From NCBI RefSeq assembly GCF_009914755.1, contig NC_060930.1: a DNA stretch of 64,000 nucleotides; one strand, given 5' to 3'. Origin of the DNA: the human T2T-CHM13v2.0 reference genome, Homo sapiens. This document shows positions 13,195 through 27,060 of the stretch, piece by piece. The number at the start of each line of letters is the position of its first letter. The stretch's first letter is position 1. Below the pieces are notes generated by a model. That model was given only the letters and a program-made list of their open reading frames with translations, had not been told where the DNA came from and searched no databases. The translations under genes and the position numbers were made by a program.

Positions 13195-15411
13195 TGTTCT
13201 TGTTCTTTAGGAATTTAGTACTGTAGTTTATTCGTCAACTTTACTATTTTTCTATTTTCTCATGCATTGATTTATATATTTATTTTTGATATTTTCTTCC
13301 TCTTGTTTAGATTCTTTCATTGTTCTGTCTTAACTTCTTGAATTGCAGTTGAGTTGAATTTTTTTAAAATTCTCTTTTAGTTAGAACAAAAACCATTTTA
13401 GGCCACATACAGTATTTGCCTTTGAACATATTCCATAAGGTTTGATAAATAATGGTCCTATTTTCATTATTTTAAAACAAGTTTGTAATTTTACCTTGGG
13501 TTTTTCTCTCCCATATAGCTATTTAGGAAGGCATTTGGTAACTTCCAACGTGTTGGGATTTTTGATTGCTTAAACTTTAAAAAATATATAGTTTGATTGC
13601 ATTATGGTCTGAGAATACAGCTCCCTACAATTTCTGATTTGGAAACTTTTGAACATTTTCTTTGTGGCAGTAGTTGTTAAGTTGTTATAAAAAGTTATTA
13701 TATTCATCTTGAAAATAAGATACATGTATTTTTTAGTTCTTGGAATAGATGTCAGTATATCTGTAGATTCATCTTTACAAATTATAAATTTTAACCAAAT
13801 ATCTGTTTATCCAGCGCCAAGAGAGATGTGTCACTGTCACCCATAAGAAGGTACTTTCCTTTCACATTTCTAACATTTCTAACATCCTTGATTTATGTAT
13901 GTTGATATTATACTAATCAGCTTATAAAGTTGAATAACTATTATATTTTCCTTGTGAAGCATATTTGTATTAATATATAATGACCCTCTTGGTTATCATT
14001 AATATCTTTTGCCTTTGTGTCTTTTCTGAAATTAGTATTTCCTGTTTTCTTTTGTGAATGTCTGACGTATATTTGCTCATTCTTTTATTTTTAACTTGTG
14101 CATATCATTTTGTCTTAGAGTGGCTTTCTAACTATCATGTAGTTCAATGTTTTTAACCTGGATTTGAAGTATTTTTAATTATTCACAATTGTTACTATAA
14201 CTAATATATTTACTCATATTTCTTTTCTCTGGGCTTGTGATTTTTCTCATGCTTTCTTAGTTATATTGCATATGGCTTATAAGCTTTTATACTTTCTAGT
14301 ATTTAGTTGTATTAAAGATTACCTTTGGGTTTTTCAAAATTGTGCTTTAATTTATATTTTCTAATGATTAGGATTATAAAAGAAAAGAGATTTTGTCTCC
14401 TTTCAGACAAAATGAGGAAGTTAGCTGTTTCCTTCTCTGCTTTGTCTTTCTTCACTTATGTGTTTCTCTTAATCTACAATTTTAGACCCAGATAATGTCA
14501 TTAAATTATTTTTTACTTTCCATGTCTCCCTTCTGTTTCATAACCATATTAGCAATAGTTATTGAGATTTACCTTTCTGTTTACTGGTTTTGATTACTTC
14601 CTCTGCTTGAAGTCTTCATTAGGATTCATTGCTTGCTTCACAGTACAACTTTAATATTGTCAAAAACCATACTTGGCTAGTTTGTTTTCCAAGCTCTTGG
14701 AAACCCAGGGATATAACTCTCTTTCCTTCATACCTGAGGGTCAAATTCTCTGAGAACACAATTCTTCAGACTTTTACCCTCACAATTTTTTCCCTAAGAC
14801 ATGTTGCTGTGTTGTTTTCTATAATTTTGTTTGTGGAGAATAAAGTCTTATAAATAGCATGTGTTTCAATTTTATCAGAAATTATTAATTTTTTCTTTCT
14901 TGGATGCTTAAAATAAGTTTTTTAAATAATTAACTTCAAGAGAAGAAGGAGGATCATGGCAGATGGGAGGCAGGACTAGATTGCAGCTCCCACTCGGACG
15001 GACAGAGCAGCATGTGGAGTCTCTCATCGTGAACTCTTGCTGCAGAACGACTGTAGGAATAAATCAAGAAAGCCGAAGAGAACTCACAGACCCTCAGAAG
15101 GAAGCAGATTGCTCCTGAAGATCCCAGAAGACACCTCAAATACTGTGCTGGTATCCGTTGCTGAGAGACTCACAAGCGGTTCACATCACAGGACTCTGTG
15201 CAGAAAACCCCTGGTACCAGCCCAGAGCCAGGTAAACTTGCTGGGTGGCTAGATCCAGAAGAGAGGTAACAATCACTACAGCTCAGCTCTCAGGAAACCA
15301 CATCCATAGGAAAAGGGGGAGAGTACTACATCAAGGGAACACCCCGTGGGACAAAAGAATCTGAATAACAGCCTTGAGCCCTAGACCTTCCCTCTGACAC
15401 AGCCTACCCAA

Positions 15412-16430
15412 ATGAGAAGGAACCAGAAACCAACTCTGGTAGTATAACACAACAAGGTTCCTGAACACCCCTGCAAAATCACACTAGCTCACCAGCAATG
15501 GATCCAAGCCAAGAAGAAATCCCTGATTTACCTGTAAAAGAATTCAGGAAGTCAGTTATTAAGCTAATCAAGGAGACACCAGAGAACGGCAAAGCCCAAT
15601 TTAAGGAAATTTTTAAAATGACATAGGAAATAAGGAGAGAAATTTTCAATGAAATAGATAGCATAAATCAAAAATCAAAAACAATCAAAACTTTGGGAAA
15701 CAATGGACGCACTTAGAGAAATGCAAAATGCTCTGGAAAGTCTCTGCAGCAGAATCGAACAAGCAGAAGAAAGAACTTCAGAGCTCGAAGACAAGGTTTT
15801 CAAAATAACCCAATCCAACAAAGACAAAGAAAAAAAGAATAAGAAAATATGAACAAAACCTCCAAGAAGTCTGGGATTATGTCAAATGACCAAACCTAAG
15901 AATAATCAGCATTCCTGAGGAAGAAGAGAAATTTAAAAGTTTGGAAAATATTTTTGGGGGAATAATGGAGGAAAACTTCCCTGGGCTTGCTAGAGACCTA
16001 GACATCCAAATACAAGAAGCTCAAACAACACCTGGGAAATTCATCTCAAAAAGATAATCACCTAGGCACATTGTCATCATGTTCTCTCAAGTTAAGATGA
16101 AGGAAAGAATCTTAAGAGCTGTGAGGCAAAAGCACCAAGTAACCTATAAAGGAAAGCCTATCAGATTAACAGCAGATTTCTCAGCAGAAACCTTACAAGC
16201 TAGAAGGGATTGGGGCCCTTTCTTTAGCCTCCTTAAACAAAACAACTATTAGCCAAGAATTTTGTATCCAGTGAAACTAAGCTTCATAAATGAAGGAAAG
16301 ATATAGTCTTTTTCAGGCAAACAAATGCTGAGAGAATTCACCACTACCAAGCCAGGACTACAAGAACTGCTAAAAGGAGCCCTAAATCTTGAAACAAATC
16401 CTGGAAACACATCAAAACAGAACCTCTTTA
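15412..16430 (+). pseudogene. L1 ORF1p remnant (disrupted)
   Basis: ATG AGA AGG AAC CAG AAA start; ORF1 motifs (ctgggattatg, agcagatttctcagcagaaacc, ttgtatccag); multiple stops and frameshifts. End approximate. Confidence 0.8.
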
Positions 16431-18958
16431 AAGCATAACTCTTGCAGGACCTATGAAAAAATACAATAAAAAATAAAAACAAAAAACCAAGGCATACAGG
16501 CAAGAAATAACACAATGAATGGAATGGTACCTGACATCTCAATACTAACGTTGAATGTAAATGGCCTATAGGCTCCACTTAAAAAATAGGGAATTGCAAA
16601 ATGGATAATAATTCACCAACCATCTATCTGCTGTCTTCAAGAGACTCACCTAACACATAAGGACTCACATAAACTTAAGGTAAAGGGGTGAAAAAAGACA
16701 TTCCATGCAAATGGACACAAAAGCAAGCAGGAGTAGCTATTCTTATATCAGATGAAACAAACTTTAAAGCAACAGCAGTTAAAAAGACAAAGAGGGACAT
16801 TATATAATGATAAAGGGCCTTGTCTAACAGGAAAATATAAAAATCCTAAATATACTATGCACCTAATACTGGAGCTCCCAAACTTATAAAACAATTACTA
16901 AGAAATGAGATAGGCAGCAACACAATAATACTGGGGGACTTCAATACTTCACTAACAGCATTCGACAGGTCACCAAGACAGAAAATCAACAAAGAAATAA
17001 TGGATTTAAATTATACCCTGGAACAAATGGACTTAATGGATATTTACAGAACATTCTATCCAAAAACCACAGAATATACATTCTATTCATCAGCACATAG
17101 AACTTTCTCCAAGAGAGATCATATGATAGGACACAAATAAGCCGCAAAAATTTTAAGAAAATTGAAATTATATCAAGTACATTCTCAGACCACAGTGGAA
17201 TAAAACTGGAAATCAACTCCAAAAGGAATCTTCAAAACTATGCAAATATATGGAAATTAAATAACCTGCTTCTGAATGATCATTGGGTCAACAATGAAAT
17301 CAAGTTAAAAATTAAAAAATTCTTCAAACTGAATGACCATAGTGACACAACCTATCAAAACCTCTGGGATACAGCAAAGACAGTGCTAAGAGGAAAGTTC
17401 ATAGCCCTAAATGCCTACACAGGAAAGTCTGAAAGAGCACAGACAGACAATCTAAGGTCATACCTCAAGGAACTAGGGAAACAAGAACAAACCAAATCCA
17501 AATCCAGCAGAAGAAAGGAAATAACCAAGATCAGAGCAGAACTAAATGAAATTGAAATGAAAAAATAATATAAAAGATAAGTGAAACAAAAAGCTGGTTC
17601 TTGGAAAAGATAAATAAAATTGATAGACCATTAGCAAGGTTAACCAAGAAAAGAAGACAGAAAATCCAAATAAGCCCAACTAGAAACAAAACAGGAGATA
17701 CTGCAACTGACACTTCAGAAATACAAAAGATCATTCAAGGTTACTATAAACACCTTTATGTGCATAAACTAGAAAACCAAGAGGAGATGGATAAATTCCT
17801 GGAATGATACAACCCTCCTAGCTTAAATCAGGAAGAATTAGATATCCTGAACAGACCAATAACAAGTAGTGAGGTTGAAATGGTAATAAAAAAAATTACC
17901 CACAAAAAAAAGTCCAGGACCAGATGAATTCACAGAAGAATTCTACCAGACATTCAAAGAAGAATTGGTACCAATCCTATTGACACTATTCCACAAGATA
18001 GAGAAAGAGGGAATCCTCCTTAATTCATTCTATGAAGCCAGTATCACCCTAATGCAAAAACCACGAAGGGACATAATCAAAAAAAGAAAACTACAGGCCA
18101 ATATCCCTGATGAACCTAGGTGCAAAAATCCTTAACAAAAAATACTAGCTAACTGAATCCAACAACATATCAAAAAGATAATCCATCATGATCAAGTAGG
18201 TTTCACACCAGGGATGCAGGGATGGTTTAACATACACATGTCAATAAATGTGATACACCACATAAACAGAATTAAAAACAAAAATCATATGATCATCTCA
18301 ACAGACTCAGAAAAAGCATTTGACAAAATCCAGCATCGCTTTATGATTAAAACTCTCAGCAAAATCAGCATACAAGGGACATACATCAATGTAATAAAAG
18401 CCATCTGTGACAAACTCACAGCCAACATTATACTGAATGGGGAAAAGTTGAAAGCATTCCCTCTGAGAACTGAAATGAGACAAGGATGTCCACGCTTATC
18501 ACTTCTTTTCAACATAGTACTAGAAGTTCTAGCCAAAGCAATTAGACAAGAGAAAGAAATAAAGGACATCCAAATTGCTAAAGAGGAAGTCAGACTGTCA
18601 CTGTTTGCTGATGATATGATTGTTTACCTTGAAAACCCTAAAGACTCCTTCAGAAAGCTCCTAGAACTGATAAAAGAATTCAGCAAAGTTTCTGGATACA
18701 AGATTAAGGTACACAAATGAATAGCTCTCCTATACACCAACAGCAACCAAGCAGAGAATCAAATCAAGAACTCAACCCCTTTTACAATAGCTGCAAAAAA
18801 ATATATAATACTTACGAATATACCTAACCAAGGAGGTGAAAGACCTCTACAAGGAAAACTATAAAACACTGCTGAAAGAAAACATAAATGACACAAATGG
18901 AAATGCATCCCATGCTCATGAATGGATAGAATCAATATTGTGAAAATGACCATACTGC

Positions 18959-19411
18959 TGTGTCCGGAGTTGGTTCCTTCCAGTGGATTTGTGGTCTCGC
19001 TGATGTCAAGAATGAAGCTGCAGACCTTCGCAGTGAGTGTTACAGCTCTTAAAGCTGGCACAGACCCAAAGGGTGAGCAGCAGCAAGATTTATTGCAGAG
19101 AGTGAAAGAACAAAGCTTTCACAGGTGGAAGGGGACCTGAGCAGGGTGCTGCTGTTGGCTGGGTTGGCCAGCTTTGATTCCCTTATTTGTCCCTGCCCAT
19201 GTCCTGCTGATTGGTCCATTTTACAGAGTGTTGATTGGTCCATTTTACAGAGTGCTGATTGGTCCATTTTACAGAGTGCTGATTGGTCCGTTTTACAAAC
19301 CTCTAGCTAGCCACAGAGTGCTGATTGGTGCATTTTACAATCCTCTTGTAAGACAGAAAAGTTCTCCAAGTCCCCACTCAGCCCAGGGAGTCCAGCTGGC
19401 TTCACCTCTCA
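18959..19411 (-). mobile_element. Solo ERV9-family LTR12 (short, LTR12F-like) inserted in L1 ORF2
   Basis: TG...CA termini; 4-bp TSD ctgc (18955-18958 / 19412-19415) restores the L1 sequence catactgccaaaagc; typical gtgagtgttacagctcttaaag and gctgattggt repeats. Confidence 0.93.
19206..19340 (-). repeat. 24-bp CCAAT-box tandem repeat in LTR12 U3 (about 4 copies plus a fifth CCAAT)
   Basis: gctgattggtccattttacagagt repeated. Confidence 0.9.
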
Positions 19412-20704
19412 CTGCCAAAAGCAATCTACACATTTCATGGAATTCCCATCAAAATATCACCATCATTCTTCACAGAACTAGAAAAAACAATTTTAAAATT
19501 CATATGGAACCAAAAAAGAGCCTGCATAGCTGAAGAAAGACTAAACAAAAAGAACAAATCTGGAGGCATCACACTACCTGATTTCAAACTACACTATAAG
19601 GCCATAGTCACCCAAACTGCATGGTACTGGTATAAAAATAGGCACATAGACCATTGGAACAGAACAGAGAATCCAGAAATAAACTCAAATACTTACAGCC
19701 AGCTGATCTTTGACAAAGCAAACAAAAACATGAAGTGGGGAAAGGACACCCTATTCAACAAATGGTGCTGGGATAATTGGTAAGCCACATGTAGGAGAAT
19801 GAAACTGGATCCTCATCTCTCACCTTATATAAAAATCAATTCAAGATGGATTAAGGATTTAAATCTAGGACCTGAAAGTCTACAATTTCTAGAAGATAAC
19901 ATCAGAAAAACCCTTCTAGACATTGGCTTAGGCAAGCATTTCATGACCAACAATCCAAAAGCAAATGCAACAAAAACAAAAATAAATAGCTGGGACTGAA
20001 TTAAACTAAAGAGCTTTTGCACAGCAAAAGGAACAGTCAGCAGAGTAAACAGACAACCCACAGAGTGGGAGAAAATCTTCACAATCTATATATCTGATAA
20101 AGGATTAATATCCAGAATCTACAACAAACTCAAACAAATCACCAAGAAAAAAACAATATCATCAAAAAGTGGGCTAAGGACATGAATAGACAATTCTCAA
20201 AAGAAGATATTCAAATGGCCAAGAAACATATGAAAAAATGCTCAACATCACTAATGATCAGGGAAATGCAAATCAAAACCACAATGCAATAATAGCACCT
20301 TACTCCTGCAAGAATGGCCATAATAAAAAAATCAAAAAATAATAGATGTTGGCGTGGATGCGGTGAACAGGGAGTACTTCTACACTGCTGATAGGAATGT
20401 AAACTAGTACAACCATTATGTAAAACAGTGAGGAAATTCCTTAAAGAACTAAAAGTAGAACTACCCCATTTAATCCAGCAATCCCATTACTGTGTATCTA
20501 CCCAGAGGAAAAGAAGTGATTATACAGAGAAGGTACTTGCACATTCATGTTTATAGCAGCACAATTCACGATTGCAAAACTGTGGAACCAACCCAAATGC
20601 CCATCAATCCGTGAGTGAATAAACTGTGGTTATAAATATATGATGGAATACTAACTCATCCATAAAAAGGAATGAATTAATGGCATTCACAGCAACCTGA
20701 TTGA

Positions 20705-21049
<345 letters not shown>

Positions 21050-21359
21050 TGGTGAGTGTTATTCCAAGTGAAGTAACTCAGGAATGGAAAACCAAACACT
21101 ATATGTTCTCACTCATAAGTGGGAGCTAAGCTATAAGGATGCAAAAGTATAAGAAGGACACAATGGAGTTTGGAGACTCAGGGGGAAAGTGTGGGAAGGG
21201 AGTGAGGGATAAAAGACTACACATTGGGTACAGTGTATACTGCTAGTGTGATGGGCCCGCCACAATTTCACAAGTCACCACTCAAGAACTTACGTAATGA
21301 AATACCACCTATTCCCCCAATAACCTATGGAAATAAAAAATTTTAAAAAATTAACTTTA

Positions 21360-22300
21360 TTTTTTAACAGAACATAACTCAAGGTAGTTGTATTTTATTT
21401 CTTTCCCATTGATTTCTGCCCTTAATATAATGAACATTTTTTATCTTACTTCTCGGGTCCTTTAATGGTGTTATTTATGTACACTTTCTTTTTCCATCTG
21501 GGACATTTTTCATCATCGCATCTATTCAAATTGCTTATGTTTCTTTTTCTTGAGATTATCTGTAACTCTTAGGTTGAGCTTTGGTTCTTCATCTTCCGTG
21601 ACTACCATCTTCTTTCTGAGGATATTTCCATCTTTTTCATTTTACTCTGCTTTCTGGGGAAACTACTCAGGCATGTCCTTAAAATTCCCGATTTGATTTT
21701 CCACAGTGCAAATTCTGGGACATATTGCTTTTCTTATGAATTTAATTCAACTATTGAATATTTTAACTGTTCAAAAATGCGCTCATTTATCTACTACTTT
21801 ATTGATGAACACTGGGGTTGTTATGAGACTTTTTGCTATTACAAATTGCTATAAACACACATGTATAACTCCTGGTGCACTTAAACAAGAGTATCTCTAG
21901 GGGTTCTTGTCTGAGTGGAATTTCTGAGTTTTACAAGTACATTTTTAATGTACTAGTACGTCTTTTTTTAAATCACTCATGTCTCTTTTACTCTTACCTC
22001 ACTTTCATTTCTTTTATTCTCTTTATAAATTTCTGCCCCTATTTCATAGAGAAAATACTTTCTTGCATGCTATAAACGATGATGAACATCATCTGAAGTA
22101 GTTAAAGCAACTTTAACAGGTGTGTTTTTAATATAGGAGTTGAGAATTGTGTTCCTTTTCCCTTTTCTTTCAGTTGTACTATTTTCAGTTCATTGTGGGT
22201 TTTGATTCTTCTGTTTCTATTCACATTCATATAACCATATTTTTAATGCAAATGTTATATGTCAGTACATCTCAGCACCATGATTTTTCCACTGGGAGTA
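21360..22300 (-). mobile_element. Continuation of ancient antisense L1M fragments
   Basis: T-rich degenerate sequence resembling antisense L1; low resolution. Confidence 0.4.
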
Positions 22301-23752
22301 CTGATAGGCTAATATGCCAGCTCTTAGCCCAATTAACGCCGTATGTTCTAATTGACAGTTCTACTGCTTATGATGAAGTTTTCTTCCTAATCCTCAAATC
22401 CTGACTTTCTGTCCAGCTGGGAAGTTGTAGTACATGAAAAAGTAAAATTCCTAGCATTTTCCTCTTTCTGCCCAATTGTTCGATATTCCTGGAGGTTTCT
22501 CTCAAATCCTGGCACAGGTTTGGCTGACAGTCTTAGTTTCCTTTCCTTGTATTTTCATCTTTTTCTTTAACTTTAAACAAATTTAGGTGAGAAGTTGGGA
22601 AAAGCTTCACAGACACTGCTATTTGGGTTTTTCCTTAAAACCAGACCCTTCGTATATTTTAAAAGGATCCTTTCAAGCCAGAGAGACTTGCTTGTTGCCC
22701 TGATATCGTTAATTCTGGAGGGCACTTTGGAATTTTGTATCCATATTACTCAATTATACAATCAATGAGGAAAATGAATAATTCAAAGATTTGATCATCA
22801 CTCACATACTGGTGTTTTTTTTTTTTTTTTTTCCAGCTTGGTGCTTCCTGCTGACCTACTTCCTTACAAAATAACACAACAATCAGCTGGTCATGCAGAT
22901 CTTATTGAAACTAAGAAAGAGTGCCATCTGTCGTTGTGTATGATATGTTCTTCAGTATCAATCTTAGATTGCGTTGTGGTACTCAAAGCATTTCGCAGTT
23001 TCATTTTATTTTAATATTTTTTAATATCTTAGCTTCACTGTAAAGAAAACTTAAACCATTTCGATCTTAAAGATGATCAACATGAGACAAAAAGCAATGG
23101 CATTGTGTTATAATCAAACAGAAAACCACTCCAAAAATCAACACTGTAATCCAAGTCCCATGATTTCTAGGCTGATGCTTTTCCCTTTTTCTTAGCACCT
23201 GAGCACTATTCCCTTTTATAACCAGTATTTATAACCATTTGTGAAGTGCATCTCTGACCAGTGCAGCTCCCTCTGAGATGTCTGCTCTCTCTGCAAAGCA
23301 TACCTTTGCAAGTGTTCCTTGAGGAGTAGTCAGGGGAAAGAGTTACATGTTCAGCCAAGGGTGACACTCTCATATTTATTGTTTTAAGAATAATCAATAT
23401 TATTGATTACATATTTTTATTTGATAAGTGAGCAAGTATTTTAATGATCTTTTAGATATCTTTTTTATGATTAGAGAAGTATTACTTGTTTTCATGCAGT
23501 GTAGGCTAGCTTGTCCAGAAAAATAGAAAGAGAGTTTAATGGAGACCTGTCATCTTCGAGAAAAAATATGCAAAAATATTTGACTCTCTATTACATTTCT
23601 AAAAGTTTTAGTTTTTTTTGAGTAATTTATACTTGGGAGAGATACATGTATCTTTAGTATCTTTAGTAGTTTGTGGCACGTAGATAGACTTTATTAACAA
23701 AAGGTATTTATTCCTTCCTATTGAGAAATAGAGATCTAGACAAATATGGGGA

Positions 23753-23844
23753 TAACTTTAGCAAACTTATCCTTGGTAGAAGAAACAGTTCTCAGTTCAT
23801 ATGAGATAAATTAGCGGACGCTTTCTCAAAAGAATGAATACAAT
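23753..23844 (+). repeat. Local direct duplication, copy 1 (partner 24464-24558)
   Basis: About 9 mismatches in the first 80 aligned bases by eye. Confidence 0.92.
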
Positions 23845-24410
23845 AATACTAAGAGAAACAACAAACAACTAACTTTTTTTTTTTTTTTTTTTTTGAGACG
23901 GAGTCTTGCTCTGTCACCCAGGCTGGAGTGCAGTGGTGTGATCTGGGCTGACTGCTACCTCCGCCTCTTGGGTTCATGCAATTCTCCTGCCTCAGCCTCC
24001 TGAGTAGTTGGGATTACAGGCATGCGCCACCATGCCCAGCTAATTTTTGTATCTTTAGTAAAGATGGGGGTTTCACCATGTTGGCCAAGATGGTCTCGAT
24101 CTCTTTACCTCGTGATCCGCCCGCCTTAGCCTCCCAAAGTGCTGGGATTACAGACGTGAGCCCCTGCGCCTGGCCACAACTCACATTTTTTGTGTGCTTG
24201 CTACATGTCAGGTTTTTTTCTACATAAATTGTAACTTATTTAATCCTCAGTACCCCAAATGAGGTAGCGAAAATTATCTTCATTTTACAGATGAGAAAAA
24301 TGATGATAAGAAACCTTCCCAAGATCTCACAGCAAGTGTCTTGTGGAGCCAGAAATCACACACAGGCAGTCTAACATCAGGGCCTACACAATACCCATCA
24401 TGCCATCCTC
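23845..24410 (-). mobile_element. MIR, near full length, interrupted by Alu
   Basis: tatttaatcctcag...cattttacagatgagaaaa...cccaagatctcacagc...ggcagtct matches antisense MIR. Confidence 0.75.
23874..24175 (-). mobile_element. AluSc-like, full length
   Basis: gatggtctcgatctc...cctcgtgatccgcccgcc; imperfect TSD acaactaac / acaactcac. Confidence 0.94.
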
Positions 24411-24463
24411 CCTGCAAACAGTGAGCCAAGAGATTTTTCAATCCTGTTTTGTAAACAAGCTGT

Positions 24464-24558
24464 TAACTTTAGCCAACTTATCCTTGGTAGATGAAACAGT
24501 GCTTATTTCATATGAGAGAAATTAACAGACACTTTCTCAAAAGAAAAAAAAATACAAT
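24464..24558 (+). repeat. Local direct duplication, copy 2 (partner 23753-23844)
   Basis: taactttagccaacttatccttggtag...ctttctcaaaag...tacaat. Confidence 0.92.
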
Positions 24559-25530
24559 GAAAAGGAATAGTGCTAAAGAGGACATGCTAATGAAGATTAA
24601 CCGAAAGGATGTGTCTCTTTGACACATCTTTCCACATTCTTCCATTTGTTTGACTCCATTGGGATTTGCCCAGTCCCCAGTGTAACTTTTGCTTCTTTGG
24701 CTTACTCAGCAGCCTTCAAAATGGGAAACATGAAAAGAAGCACAAGTGTCCGGGCAGCCAGCTGGCAGAGGGAAATTCCAGTCATATTGTGCATCCCCTT
24801 GTGAACTTTTTGTTTCAGTTGTTCTTTGGCACACACAAGTCAAAATCTCAGCTGGCTATCTGCTTCTTGGGGGATGACAACTACACAATATTTGAAATGT
24901 CTAAACACAGCTAACCAGATCTGGTCTTTATCTGATCAAGCTCTAGTGTTTGAAAAAATTATATGCCAACGTGTGGGTCATAGGTTGTTGAGAACTAGTT
25001 ACAAGAGAATAGGAAAGAACAATCTCTTTATTCTGTGGCTTTGGGTTGCCAGTAGATTAAAGGCTGAGAAACAAGCCCCAAACATAGCTCTATTGTATCA
25101 TAACCATACTCAGAACTGCTCTGTGGCTCTGCAGGGCCTAGAGCATAAAGCCGAGGCATGTCACTTGGCATTTGAGTGTTCGTGGTCTGCTGATAGGCTC
25201 CATCTAGTATCATCCCTTGCACATGCTGGGCTGGTATTCAGAGGCTACTAACTGCTGCAGCTCTGCTGTTGGCTGCACACACATGCAGTCTCATTCAATG
25301 CTTATGCTTTGATAGATGTTAAAAGTTTTTAATCTCACTCCTTCTTCGCATATGCTTCATATACCATACTTTTTAAGTGAAATCTTACTCATTTCTTCAC
25401 TTAGACATTATGCCTTTTAAGATCATTTGTTCTTGTTCATTCCATTTTACATCTATCACAATGCTTAGTGCTTTCTGAGCCATAGTAAGTACCAAACAAA
25501 TTTGCGATATGAATGAAAGCATCATAAATG

Positions 25531-25560
25531 CTTCTTTCTTTCTTTCTCTGTCTCCCTCCC

Positions 25561-25641
<81 letters not shown>

Positions 25642-25769
25642 TTTCTTTCTTTCTTTTTTTGTTCAGACAGAATCTTGCTATGTTGTCCAGGCTGGTCGAC
25701 TCCTAGGATCAAGCTTCCCCCTCAGCTTCCTGTGTAGCTGAGACTACAGGTACACAACACCACACTGGC
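25531..25769 (-). mobile_element. FLAM-type Alu monomer with expanded (TTTC)n tail
   Basis: (TTTC)n at about 25560-25655, then a diverged left monomer; tgcttctt on both flanks. Confidence 0.82.
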
Positions 25770-26244
25770 TCTGCTTCTTATCTTTCCCTAAGAAGGGAAA
25801 ACAACTGTGGGTATCTGTCTGGGGAGAAGGGGCAGGGAGGGCAAGGATGGGAATGTTAGCTTGAGAAGGAAGCATGTGTATGTCCTCCCCCAGTCCTACT
25901 GGCACAGAAATTTTCCAAACCTGTGGAAGTGCAAGGGAAGCCATGAAATCGTTCTGTTCCTTCGTGGGTAGGAAGAAGAGAGATCCTCCTCCAAAACTCA
26001 GATAGTTTATGTGGAAGGGGAAAAAATAAGGCCAGCATACAGGATCCAAGGAAAGAAAAATATGGGGATCTCACCATTGAGAAACATGCAGGAGTTTCAC
26101 AGTCCAGGAGGATAACATGGGCACTAGAGCTCTAACTCCCATGACAAGCAAACACCTTGTCTGCCCAAGGGTGGTGAAATGAAGATAGCTGGTATTTATT
26201 AAATATTTACTAGTACCATCTGAAAATAATATTAAAAGTCAACC

Positions 26245-26410
26245 TCAGGCTTTAATGCCAGGCTGCTTGGATTCAAATTCTGGTTCTGCTACTCACCGGG
26301 TGTGCTATCAACCTCATGAGATAGTCAAGAGGATTATAAAATAAATACAAATTTATAGAATGTTGAGAAGACAGGCTAGTATGTAGCAAATAACATATAG
26401 GCATGTATTA
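26245..26410 (+). mobile_element. MIR fragment
   Basis: ctgcttggattcaaattctggttctgctactcacc...acctcatgagatagt. Confidence 0.6.
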
Positions 26411-26509
26411 AATTGAAAATGTGAAGACATTATTTCCCAAGAAACCCTGTTTTATGTAGTAGTTTTGTGTAGTTCATCATAATTTTATAGCAGCTTCAAA
26501 ACTGATGGT

Positions 26510-27060
26510 AATAAAAGCTGACCATCTGTATACCCTATGACTCAGCAACTCCTCTTTTAGGTATATACCCAACAGAAATGTGTATGTACAAACACCAAAT
26601 GCAGGTACTAGAATATTCACAGCAGTACTCACATAATAGCCCCAAACTGGGAACTACTCAAATGCCCCTAACAATAAAATGAGAGAACAAATTGTTGTAT
26701 ATTCACACCACAGCATACCCTACAGCAATGAAAACAAAAGATCTACTTCTACTTGTGACAATATGGATGAATCTCACAAACATGTGGAGTGTAAAAAAAA
26801 AGCTAGACACACAAAATAATATATACTGTATGATTCCATTTACATAAAGTACAAAAATAAGCAAAACTAATCTCTGCTGTTAGGAATCAGGATAATTATT
26901 ATCCTTGTGTGCAGGGAGGCTATTGGGGTGCTGGTAACCTTTTGCTTTTTGATCTGAGTGTTGGTTACACAGGAGCACTCATTTTATGAAAATTCATTGA
27001 GCTATGATATGTTTATGTGTACTTTGGGTATGAATGTTCCACTTCAATTAAAATTTTTAC
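26510..27060 (+). mobile_element. L1ME-type 3' end
   Basis: ccctatgactcagcaactcctcttttaggtatatacccaacagaaatg...atggatgaatctcacaaac...tactgtatgattccatttacataaag. Confidence 0.8.

Larger units (their letters stand above)
9100..14920 (-). mobile_element. Ancient, fragmented L1M (antisense 3'UTR/ORF2), interrupted by Alus and other inserts
   Basis: T-rich, with recognisable antisense ORF2 motifs, e.g. ggctaccacttctagaatgatggaaatg...tattcttgacttgttt near 12140. Boundaries approximate. Confidence 0.6.

Noticed and set aside
18214-18720. 168-aa reverse-transcriptase ORF as a functional or novel RT gene
   Set aside because: It is a fragment of L1 ORF2 between stops and frameshifts, and the rest of ORF2 is broken by LTR12 and Alu.
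19049-19533. Repeat-peptide ORFs (VLIGPFYR)n and (MDQSALCK)n; CRISPR-like appearance
   Set aside because: These are translations of the 24-bp LTR12 tandem repeat. There are no spacers and the context is eukaryotic.
24826-25251. 141-aa ORF and overlapping ORFs in unique sequence
   Set aside because: Non-ATG start, no recognisable domain, no flanking splice signals; compatible with chance.
25437-25737. (KKER)n and (FFLS)n ORFs
   Set aside because: Translations of the (TTTC)n microsatellite.
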